The position numbers were made by a program, and so were the translations under genes. Shown here in pieces: positions 43,174-51,412 of a DNA stretch of 64,000 nt. The notes beneath the pieces were generated by a model. The model did not search any database, was not told the origin of the DNA, and was given only the letters and a program-made list of their open reading frames with translations. This DNA is from Anaerohalosphaeraceae bacterium. GTDB taxonomy: Bacteria; Planctomycetota; Phycisphaerae; Sedimentisphaerales; Anaerohalosphaeraceae. The stretch spans positions 512,001-576,000 of the forward strand of contig CAXXSL010000013.1 of the NCBI GenBank assembly GCA_963675525.2, read 5' to 3'. Position 1 is the stretch's first letter, and each line of letters begins with the position of its first letter.

Positions 43174-45006
43174 ATGAAAAGTGTTTTAATCTGCGCATTA
43201 ACCATAACCTACGCCGCCATGGCCGCATCAGCTCCATCCGATGTCCGTGTTTTTCCACTGCTGACCACAACATGGGGGCAAACCACTGTCGGCGGCAACG
43301 CCTGTTTCAATTACTACACCCCCGACTCAACCGGCTATCCCCCGACTACACCCGGCTCAGCCGGTAACTACCCATCCGGCTGTGTCGCTACCGGAATGGC
43401 ACAGGTCGTCAACTATCACCAATGGGCCCTGCCGCAGTATCCCTACGGCACAACATTCACCATCTCCGCAGACGGCACTCCATATTCTGCCAGTATCATG
43501 GGCGGCACATTGGGCGGCAATTACGATTGGTCAATCATGCCGAATATCTCGACCAGTCTCGCATCCCGTCAGGAGGCAGGCCGTCTGCTTCACGATCTGG
43601 GCGCAGCCTTGTCGATGCAATACTATTCATGGGCAAACTGGGGGTCAGCCACCGATTTTGATTACATTGACAATGTCTTTATGAACTTTAACTATTCCAA
43701 TGCCGTCACGCTTGAAGGCAACATGCTGGTCGGCGGCACCCTCGTCGCATCGTCCATCCCGGCTGCACTGGCCGAACCGGCAATCACCACAAATCTGGAC
43801 GCGGGACTGCCCGTCCTGATCGGTGTCAATGACAATTTACTGCAAAGCGGCCATGTCCTCGTCATTGATGGCTACGGCGTCGATTCATCAGGAACCACGT
43901 GGTTTCACTGGAATTTCGGAATGCCCGTTCAGGGCGTTACACCCCCGGCAACCAATCTCGGCTGGTTTACCCTGCCCGGCGTTGGCACTACAAACGACTC
44001 TGCCGGGTATACCGTTCTGGATGGTATCGCAATGAATATTTTTCACACGAACCCGCCGGTATTGTATCCGACTGGCGAGATCATCAGCGGCCGTATTATC
44101 GACATGACCGGCAATCCCGTCAGCGGTGCCCGCGTCGACATCACCGGCCCGGGTGTCCCTATTACCGTATATACGAACGCTGAAGGCATTTTTGCTTCTT
44201 ACGGTACGATCGCTTCAAACGCGTCGTATCTCGTCGCCGTTTCCGCCGCAAGTTATACACCGCACAATATCCCGGTGAACACCGGCATTACCTTAAAGAC
44301 ATGGTCCGGCACTTCCACAAACGGAAGCTATATCAACACTGTCGGAAACAGACGCGTCGATCTGACGCTTCAGTCCGGCATCTGCGACTTGGCCGAATTT
44401 GCCGGATTCTCTCAGCACTGGAACACATGGCATACCCAAACCAGCAACCCCGCCAACCGATACGACTACAACGGCGACTGGAACGTGGATGCCGCAGACC
44501 TCACACGCCTCGTCACGGCATGGCTTGCAACACCCGTCCCGTTCAGAACGGAAATGATGATCCCCTTTGGCGCCACCGGCTCTATGCCCGCAAACTATCC
44601 ATGGCAGTATGCCGGTTCCGGCGGCGCATGGTCCGTCGTTAGCTTCCCGATGGTCGCGGCCGAGTCTCCCGCAATCACGCACAATCAATCAACCTCCTTC
44701 AATCTGCCGGTCAAGCTATACCCCGGAACAACCGGCAATATTGATATCATGTTTACTTTGGAATGCGACACCGAGATGAATGCCGATGTCTTTGAATTCC
44801 TCGTCGACGGCGTCGTGCAGACCGAAATGGGCGGCTTCTCCGCCTTCAGCGGAATGATTATGAACCAACCGATGAACTATCAACTGACAGGGATCACCGC
44901 GCCGACACTGAAAACACTGCAATGGCGATATACCAAAGACGCCGCCAACAGCAGCGGCGCCGATAAGGTATGGATCGGAAATATTGATGTGATCGCACAG
45001 CCCTAA
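43174..45006 (+). CDS. Secreted peptidase C10 (streptopain-like) with Ig-like and dockerin-like domains
   Basis: PLLTTTWGQ, SGCVATGMAQV (Cys), GHVLVIDGY (His), FHWNFG; ISGRI...PVSGARV; DYNGDWNVDAADL. Confidence 0.85.
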   Translation: MKSVLICALTITYAAMAASAPSDVRVFPLLTTTWGQTTVGGNACFNYYTPDSTGYPPTTPGSAGNYPSGCVATGMAQVVNYHQWALPQYPYGTTFTISADGTPYSASIMGGTLGGNYDWSIMPNISTSLASRQEAGRLLHDLGAALSMQYYSWANWGSATDFDYIDNVFMNFNYSNAVTLEGNMLVGGTLVASSIPAALAEPAITTNLDAGLPVLIGVNDNLLQSGHVLVIDGYGVDSSGTTWFHWNFGMPVQGVTPPATNLGWFTLPGVGTTNDSAGYTVLDGIAMNIFHTNPPVLYPTGEIISGRIIDMTGNPVSGARVDITGPGVPITVYTNAEGIFASYGTIASNASYLVAVSAASYTPHNIPVNTGITLKTWSGTSTNGSYINTVGNRRVDLTLQSGICDLAEFAGFSQHWNTWHTQTSNPANRYDYNGDWNVDAADLTRLVTAWLATPVPFRTEMMIPFGATGSMPANYPWQYAGSGGAWSVVSFPMVAAESPAITHNQSTSFNLPVKLYPGTTGNIDIMFTLECDTEMNADVFEFLVDGVVQTEMGGFSAFSGMIMNQPMNYQLTGITAPTLKTLQWRYTKDAANSSGADKVWIGNIDVIAQP

Positions 45007-45036
45007 CCCAACAGCCAAAACATAATCGAACCTGAC

Positions 45037-45067
45037 AAGCCGGAGTATCAACACTCCGGCTTTTTTA
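45037..45067 (+). terminator. Intrinsic terminator
   Basis: AAGCCGGAGT-ATCAAC-ACTCCGGC followed by T7. Confidence 0.8.
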
Positions 45068-45109
45068 TGTCGCCAACAGCTCGAATTGTCAAAATCGGCA
45101 CAAAACGAA

Positions 45110-46593
45110 TCAATCCACTCTCGCTCCGTTGAAATAGGTAAAGGCTTCCGTCCCGCTGGAGGCGCCGTAAACATTAACCGACGACGATGTTTGAACATAG
45201 CCCTCCAACGTCACGACATCATCGGCATTCAGATACACCGTGATATCGGCCCGCACGCTTTCATCGGTTCCGGCAGCAGTTGTTGCGTCACCCCGATAAC
45301 GTTTGCCGTCGGCATTGATCGACGCGGCGATCAAATCGCCCTTCGCCAGGCCCGTAAAGAAAATCGATCCATGAAACGTATACAGCCCATCCGCCGGGCG
45401 ATGAACTGGCTGTTTTTGGTGCTATATCCGCCGCCTGTATTATCCCAAACGCTCGTTCCGGTGTCAAAATCAATCGTTTCAAACGACGAACTGCCCGGCC
45501 AGGCATACGACGAATCCCGCTTGACCGAAAAACTAATCCGCGCATCCGTCACCGCCGTCACATCATGCACCGCCCCGCCGGTATCGATATAATAAAGCTT
45601 CCCATCAACATTGCTGACAAACACTTTGCCGTAACCGGCTGTCGCGGGCGGAACCTCAACCATCGGCCCCATCGTCATAGCCCCATCAATCGTCAGTAAA
45701 TCATTTGGATCCCTATACACACGAAATCCCTCCTGAAGCCGCACCAAATTCGGACTGCTGAGCACAATAATCCCATCACTATTGGTTATCGCGATCGTTC
45801 CGCCTGCATGTGTAATCGACCCGGCGGCAACATTTAGATGATGGACACCGACTGTTGTTTCGTCGATCCCGCCGATCGTCGTCGTCCGGCCCAACCCAAC
45901 CGTTATTTCATCTGCAGCACCAACGCTTGTCGTGCGGTTCATGCCAACTGAAACATCCTGATCTCGCATAACCTGTTCTGTTGAATTGGCATTGATCGTC
46001 ACAGATTGTGAATTCCCGACGTGCAGGGTCGAATCATGCGCAACGTTTGTAACCGCATCATAACTGTATTCGACCGACCCCTCTGTGTCTTCAAAATAAA
46101 CCGCCGCGCCGTCGCCCGCATTACCGACCGTCAGCGTCGGCTCGGTTGTCTCACTCCGCAGTGCCGCCGGCGTTTTCAATCGATACGCCACGTGCGCAAA
46201 GGGTGTCGCCTCCAGTTTGATCAGCGGAGACAGTGCCTGATACTCATTCGGGTCCTCCAGTTGTCCATCGCGAACCCCAATCTCCATCCAGCGGTCCGAC
46301 CCGTCAAATATCTCTCCTGCCTCCCAGACCGGATCATACTCAAAGTTCACGTTCAGCGTCACATAGCCATCGGACACCGGATGATCGAGGGCCGTAAAAA
46401 CGGCGACAATCTCTGAGATATTTGGATCGGACCCGTCCCAGAGGTATAATACGATATCAACGATCCCATCGAGTGGCGAGCCGTCGTCATAGAGCCGCCC
46501 CTGATATGTGAAGGTCTGATTGGACCGTATCATGACCGCATGTACCAAGCCGCATAACACCGCCAAAATGATAAATATCCACAAACGCTTCAT
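45110..46593 (-). CDS. Secreted fibre/spike-like protein: FTYQGRL domain + gp5/VgrG-like 8-aa repeats + C1q-like head; one-base deletion at 45396-45398
   Basis: Signal peptide; TFTYQGRL; nine V/I-G-x-D/N-type octapeptides; ISFSVK..FD..DNTGGGY..F. Adding one C gives APADGLYTF..VYLNADDVV..YFNG, joining ORF 45110-45334 (494 aa total). Confidence 0.75.
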
Positions 46594-46632
46594 GGTTCTT
46601 TCCTTTCGCTATATAAAACGCACAATCACGTA

Positions 46633-47058
46633 TTACTTCAAGGGCCAACCTGCCGGGCAATAGTCCAGCCACCAGTACGAAAGCTCCCAGAAATCCTCAA
46701 GATCCACCCGCCCGCTCTCATCAAAATCCGCTGTCGATAAGGGATCAACGCTCAACCACTGCTCAATGAAGATCGTCAGGTCATCCAGATTCACCACACA
46801 CCCCATCGATCCCGGCCAATAGCCGCCAGATAAAACAAATGTCCCGCCGGATGCAACCTGCGCATCCGGCTGGCCGATCGTACCGACCATCACATATGCC
46901 CCGCCGCTGCAAACAACATCGCCACCGTCAATCGTGTACCAATCAGTCGAGTAATCGCCGAAAACAGGAAAACACAGTAGAAGAAACAGCAGAATTGCGA
47001 GCGTAGAACGAACCGGCCAGTTGATTGAAAAAAGACCTGCCTGTAATTGGATTTTCAT
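46633..47058 (-). CDS. Small secreted protein (DWYTIDGG/GTIGQPDA type) with dockerin-like C-terminus
   Basis: YSTDWYTIDGG, GTIGQPDA, LSGGYW, DFDESGRVDLEDF, ends YCPAGWPLK. Confidence 0.75.
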   Translation of the reverse strand: MKIQLQAGLFSINWPVRSTLAILLFLLLCFPVFGDYSTDWYTIDGGDVVCSGGAYVMVGTIGQPDAQVASGGTFVLSGGYWPGSMGCVVNLDDLTIFIEQWLSVDPLSTADFDESGRVDLEDFWELSYWWLDYCPAGWPLK

Positions 47059-47087
47059 GTGGTTTCCCTCCTGTTCCAAGTAAGTTT

Positions 47088-47115
47088 ATTATACAAAAAC
47101 CCGAAAAAAATGCAA
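47088..47115 (-). promoter_or_regulatory. Possible internal promoter TTGCAT-16-TATAAT
   Basis: Reverse complement reading upstream of 47058. Confidence 0.4.
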
Positions 47116-47188
47116 GTTGTTTAAGAGACCAAAGCCCTGCCGGGGCCGCAACACTCCCTGATAACCGTTGACTGACAACTGACGGTTT

Positions 47189-47812
47189 CTATTTCAACGG
47201 CCATCCATCCGGGCAGTAATCCTGCCAATACCCCGACAAAATCGTAAGGTCATCCATGTCCACATCCCCGGTTCCATCCAGATTCCCCGCCGGATTCGCT
47301 GTCAGCCAATACGAGGCGAAGTTTGTCAAATCCTCCAGTGTGACGATGCAGGCCCGCACATCCCAACTTTGCGTCTCGTCAAAGTGAATCCAGCCGATGT
47401 TTTCGCCCCACGCCCAGCCGGACAGCTTACCGTCACCATCGATGGTAACTTTGTACTGATTGGTTGTGTCGCCCAGTACATCCGGGTCAAAGTTGACCCA
47501 GCCGACATTCTCGCCCCACCCAAAACCGCTCAGGTTGCCGGCACCGTCGTTGACCACACCATAACCGGCGGCCCCGCAGGTGCCGTTGTTTTCACAATGC
47601 AGATTGATCCAGCCGATGTTCTCACCCCACACCCAGCCGGTGACCTTATCGCTTGCCACCTGCATCCCGTCACCGGTTCCCGGCTCGGCGTTCAGCCAGC
47701 CGGTATTTTCACTCCAGCCATACTGCGCATCAGTGCCATACGGGTCGATATTCACAGCAAACACAAGACCATATGCAAAGAAGACCATTAAAATTATAAC
47801 CGTCTTTCTCAT
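47189..47812 (-). CDS. Secreted protein with four G(W/F)xWxENxGW repeats and dockerin-like C-terminus
   Basis: YGWSENTGW, GWVWGENIGW, GFGWGENVGW, GWAWGENIGW; NLDGTGDVDMDDL; ends YCPDGWPLK. Confidence 0.75.
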   Translation of the reverse strand: MRKTVIILMVFFAYGLVFAVNIDPYGTDAQYGWSENTGWLNAEPGTGDGMQVASDKVTGWVWGENIGWINLHCENNGTCGAAGYGVVNDGAGNLSGFGWGENVGWVNFDPDVLGDTTNQYKVTIDGDGKLSGWAWGENIGWIHFDETQSWDVRACIVTLEDLTNFASYWLTANPAGNLDGTGDVDMDDLTILSGYWQDYCPDGWPLK

Positions 47813-47872
47813 CGTTCCATCCCTTCAAATTGATTCATAAACATTGATTGTCCATGTCATTTTTTTTCTGTA

Positions 47873-48532
47873 TCAGGATTCGCCGCCGTCGCTGCCGATG
47901 TCCCACAACTCAGTCTGCCACGGACCGGGCTTGCCATCAGGATCGAGGGGGCGATATTCCCACTTCATCGTATCGTAACTGCCGAAGGAGACCACCTCTT
48001 TCAGCGGGGTCCGTGCAGAGATGGGAGCGATATACGTTACTCGTGCGTTGGTCAGCGTCAACCGATAAAAAACCACCCGCCCGTAGTCAACCGTTGACGT
48101 GGTTCGTTCCAGAATCACCTGTGCAATGGTGGTATTGTTACAAGCTTTAAGCATCAACGGGACGGACGCAAGGTCGGTCTCTTTGGCGATCAATAAATTG
48201 GAAAGCTTGGGAAACGGTGAAGCTTTCGGGTCTGCGCCATTTTCGACGTGCAGGGTATAACCCACCAAATCAATCCAGTCTGCATGGTTCGCATCGTTCA
48301 CCTCGCCCGGAATTCCGGTCAGGAATAAATACATCGAACTGAATCCCGGTTCAGCAACCGGCACGACCACCGGCTCAAACGCCGCGGCGTAAATCTCGTT
48401 GAGCGTTCGCATGGTTCCCGACGGCGCCCCCGGCGGATTCAGGTCACCCGCTGTTAGCGTCCAGGCCAGACCAACGATAATTAAAACTGACAGCAAACAA
48501 ATTGTTCGTTTGTGACGGTTGAGCGTTTTCAT
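47873..48532 (-). CDS. Hcp (T6SS tube)-domain protein with Sec signal peptide and GDLNPPG motif
   Basis: MYL...GIPGE..D..H.DWID, L.IAK..D.AS..L..AC, FYRLTL.NA.V, E.VSF..Y....WEY...DPDG....W match the Hcp1 family pattern end to end. Confidence 0.82.
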   Translation of the reverse strand: MKTLNRHKRTICLLSVLIIVGLAWTLTAGDLNPPGAPSGTMRTLNEIYAAAFEPVVVPVAEPGFSSMYLFLTGIPGEVNDANHADWIDLVGYTLHVENGADPKASPFPKLSNLLIAKETDLASVPLMLKACNNTTIAQVILERTTSTVDYGRVVFYRLTLTNARVTYIAPISARTPLKEVVSFGSYDTMKWEYRPLDPDGKPGPWQTELWDIGSDGGES

Positions 48533-48562
48533 AATTTTATTCTTTCATATCAGATTTTATCA

Positions 48563-49789
48563 TCAATATTGATTGGTCCCCATTGTACAACCGGGAAGCG
48601 CATGCAGATTATCGCCATGGCCAAATGAAGTATTTTCATCGACAAGCCCATAAGATCCAATTCTCAAACCGTATACATCCTTCTCTGTAGCAGCATCATG
48701 TCCATTAAAATAGGCATTGTTACCAATCACAGTACAAACGCCATTTGCATAAATGCCGGAGGTATATGGAAGTAGAGATGTTGCTTCACGTCCATTGAAG
48801 CCGACGGTATTGCCTTTCACGGAACAACCGTCTCCAACAACAATGCCATAGATGTACTGAGACGCAGAGCTCTGAAAACCATTGTAATTGACGGTATTAT
48901 TGTTTACGGCACTAATTATGCCGGCTTCAATTCCATAAACACAGTCACCTGTAGCCAATTCTCCATTCTTTTTAACAATACATCCAGTCACCCGACTGCC
49001 TTCGGACACAGAAATGCCCCACACATTATCGCTCGCGGATTTTCCGTTATCGTTTGCAATACAATTGGAAATAATACCGTTTTTCCCCGTACCAATTCCC
49101 ATAACTCTGTCCGCAGACTCGCCGTTGTAATTTGCGACACAATTAGAAATGCTGCTGTTATCGTGAACGCAAATGCCAAACGCATAGATTTCATTTGAAG
49201 ATGTACCGTTGTAGTTTGCGGTGCAGTTTTGAACGACGCTGTCATCTCGCAAATAGATCCCGTTTTCTCTGGCCCTGAACACTTGCATGTTAAGGACGCG
49301 GACATTTTCAGAATTCACGTCGGCGTAGATTCCATTGCGAAATCCTTTATAGAACACTATACCGGATGATCCGTATCGGCTCTGAATCGTTCCATTGCGT
49401 ATTTCAATATTCTTCTTTTCAGCCGCTATGTATATCCCGTCAAAATCTAAATTGCCGGCTTGAGCCCAGGATGAATACAATCGATAGCCCATCAGGTCCA
49501 CTGTTACGTCATCGGCATTGATCAGGATGCCGTGTTTAAAATTGCTGGTAAAGTTCTCTGTTAGATAATACGACCCCGGCTGAGAAATAATATACGTTGC
49601 CGTCGAGTCACCCGGCGTATTTGTTTGATTGATCGCAATCCGCGGCTCCACCTCATCCAGCGGCTTCATCGTTGACCCCGGCACCCCCGGCGGATTCAAA
49701 CTGCCGGCATGAGCCGTTGGTGATAAAATAAAACATACCGCCGCAATAACGAGCACAACAAACAAATTTTTTCTTACGTGTTTCATCAT
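48563..49789 (-). CDS. Secreted right-handed parallel beta-helix protein
   Basis: Signal peptide; AGSLNPPGVPGSTMKPLDEVEPR; ISQPGSYYLTEN; VTVDLMGY; repeated NC.A..NG....GI. Confidence 0.85.
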   Translation of the reverse strand: MMKHVRKNLFVVLVIAAVCFILSPTAHAGSLNPPGVPGSTMKPLDEVEPRIAINQTNTPGDSTATYIISQPGSYYLTENFTSNFKHGILINADDVTVDLMGYRLYSSWAQAGNLDFDGIYIAAEKKNIEIRNGTIQSRYGSSGIVFYKGFRNGIYADVNSENVRVLNMQVFRARENGIYLRDDSVVQNCTANYNGTSSNEIYAFGICVHDNSSISNCVANYNGESADRVMGIGTGKNGIISNCIANDNGKSASDNVWGISVSEGSRVTGCIVKKNGELATGDCVYGIEAGIISAVNNNTVNYNGFQSSASQYIYGIVVGDGCSVKGNTVGFNGREATSLLPYTSGIYANGVCTVIGNNAYFNGHDAATEKDVYGLRIGSYGLVDENTSFGHGDNLHALPGCTMGTNQY

Positions 49790-49816
49790 TTTCCCCTTTT
49801 TGCTTGAAACATTATT

Positions 49817-51127
49817 TTATGGAGCTACGTTTTTGCCATAGACACAGGTAGCGATAGTCGTATCCATGTTTATTGCCGAGCCCGCTCCATCCCCATTGCT
49901 ATATACCGTATTCTGGTCGACAAGGCTATATCCTTCAAGATATATACCATAGACGTCACTGCCGCCCGAATCCCCGTTATCGTACGAAGTATTGGCTGTT
50001 ACGGTACAGGCAGTTTTGGCATAGATGCCATAAACATTTCCGCTGGCGGACCTCCCATTGTAGTAGGTCGTGTTGCCGGTCACCGTACAACCGCTGTTGG
50101 CATAGATGCCAAGAACATCAAGGGTCGTTGAATACCCGTTATTATTGACCATGTTGCCGATTACTGTACTGCCGCTGCTGGCATGGATACCAAGTACGTT
50201 ACCTTCAGCCGAAGAGCCGTTTGCGTAGATCGTGTTGCCTGTCACCGTGCAGTTGCCAACGGTATAGATGCCCCAGAAGCTGGCAGCCAAATATCCGTTG
50301 CCATAGACCGTGTTGCCTGTCACGGTACTGCCGCTGCTGATGTAGATGCCATGGACTTGGCTGGTAGATGAATTTCCGTTGTTGTAAACTGTGTTGCCGG
50401 TCACCGTACTGCCGGCACCGGCACAGATGCCGTAAACGCTTAAGCCCGTAGCTGTATCTCCATTGTTACTGACCGTATTGCCTGTTGCCGTACTGCCATC
50501 GCCGGCATGGATGCCGTAGACGTACTGGCCTGTAGCCGAGTTTCCGTTGCCACTTGCTGTGCAGTTCTTGACAAAACTATCAGTGCTAAGCAGGAGAATT
50601 CCATTTCCCCTTGCATCGGTAACACAGATATCTTTTACCCGAATTCCTTTGGTGTCAGCTTCGGAATAAATCCCATTCCGAAAACCCCGAAAAGTCAGAA
50701 TGTGAATGGTCGTGTTGTCACTGGCGATCGTACCATTGCGAATCTCTATATTTTTGTGATCAGGAGCAATATGAATCCCGTCAAAATCTTCATTGTTACC
50801 CAGTGGTTTGCTGTAGGAGGACCACAGTCGATAGCCCATCAGGTCGATTGTTACATCATCCGCATCGATCAGGATGCCGTGCTTAAAGTTGCTGGTAAAA
50901 TTACCCGTCAGGTAATACGAACCGGGTTCGGCAATAATGTAAGTATTGTTCGGATCGCCGGGCGTGTTCTCATCATTAATCGCAATCCGCGGCTCCACCT
51001 CATCCAGCGTCTTCATCGTTGACCCCGGCACCCCCGGCGGGTTCAAACTGCCCGCCGATACGACCGAAATACAAACAAAAACAAGACCCCACAACTGACC
51101 GCCTTTAAAAACCGCTCGCATGTTCAT
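49817..51127 (-). CDS. Secreted right-handed parallel beta-helix protein (paralog)
   Basis: AGSLNPPGVPGSTMKTLDEVEPR; about nine G(S/C)TVTGNT..NG.....YGI repeats. Confidence 0.85.
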   Translation of the reverse strand: MNMRAVFKGGQLWGLVFVCISVVSAGSLNPPGVPGSTMKTLDEVEPRIAINDENTPGDPNNTYIIAEPGSYYLTGNFTSNFKHGILIDADDVTIDLMGYRLWSSYSKPLGNNEDFDGIHIAPDHKNIEIRNGTIASDNTTIHILTFRGFRNGIYSEADTKGIRVKDICVTDARGNGILLLSTDSFVKNCTASGNGNSATGQYVYGIHAGDGSTATGNTVSNNGDTATGLSVYGICAGAGSTVTGNTVYNNGNSSTSQVHGIYISSGSTVTGNTVYGNGYLAASFWGIYTVGNCTVTGNTIYANGSSAEGNVLGIHASSGSTVIGNMVNNNGYSTTLDVLGIYANSGCTVTGNTTYYNGRSASGNVYGIYAKTACTVTANTSYDNGDSGGSDVYGIYLEGYSLVDQNTVYSNGDGAGSAINMDTTIATCVYGKNVAP

Positions 51128-51268
51128 CGCACTCTCCTTTTTTGGACTGCGGCAATAGTTATGGATTGCAAAGGGAAAACATCACTTTCATCTCGATGTA
51201 TCGTCATAGACGGATATACGCTTATTTTATCCCTCCAATCCGGATTTTATCCTCTAATTCTGTCCACA

Positions 51269-51297
51269 ATTATACCAAAAAACCGACAAAACCCCAA
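51269..51297 (-). promoter_or_regulatory. Probable promoter of the beta-helix/Hcp cluster (extended -10 TGGTATAAT, weak -35 TTGGGG, 17 bp)
   Basis: Reverse complement of ATTATACCA (51269-51277) and CCCCAA (51292-51297). Confidence 0.45.
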
Positions 51298-51412
51298 GAA
51301 AATTTTACCATTATCGGCCCAAATATCCTTTTCGGTTGTCAGACAGCCGCTTTTACGATATGCTTTCGGCCAAGCTGAACGTCAACTTCAAATCAGGAAT
51401 AATGAACTCAAA

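Noticed and set aside
42918..45223. Diversity-generating retroelement (template/variable repeat pair at a C-terminal ligand-binding domain)
   Set aside because: Mismatches are not adenine-specific (many C/T and C/G synonymous changes) and no reverse transcriptase is in the window. The same holds for 18615-18740.
49900..50560. Tandem DNA repeats as a non-coding array
   Set aside because: They are the in-frame coils of the beta-helix protein.
45110..51127. Canonical T6SS or eCIS locus
   Set aside because: No sheath, baseplate, membrane complex, ATPase or PAAR genes are present, and the components carry signal peptides.
51161..51412. N-terminal extension of the SuhB-like ORF (also the extensions of 39342-39857 and 39781-40725)
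   Set aside because: Family similarity begins at downstream ATGs (51413, 39770, 40575); the extensions overlap promoters or neighbouring genes.
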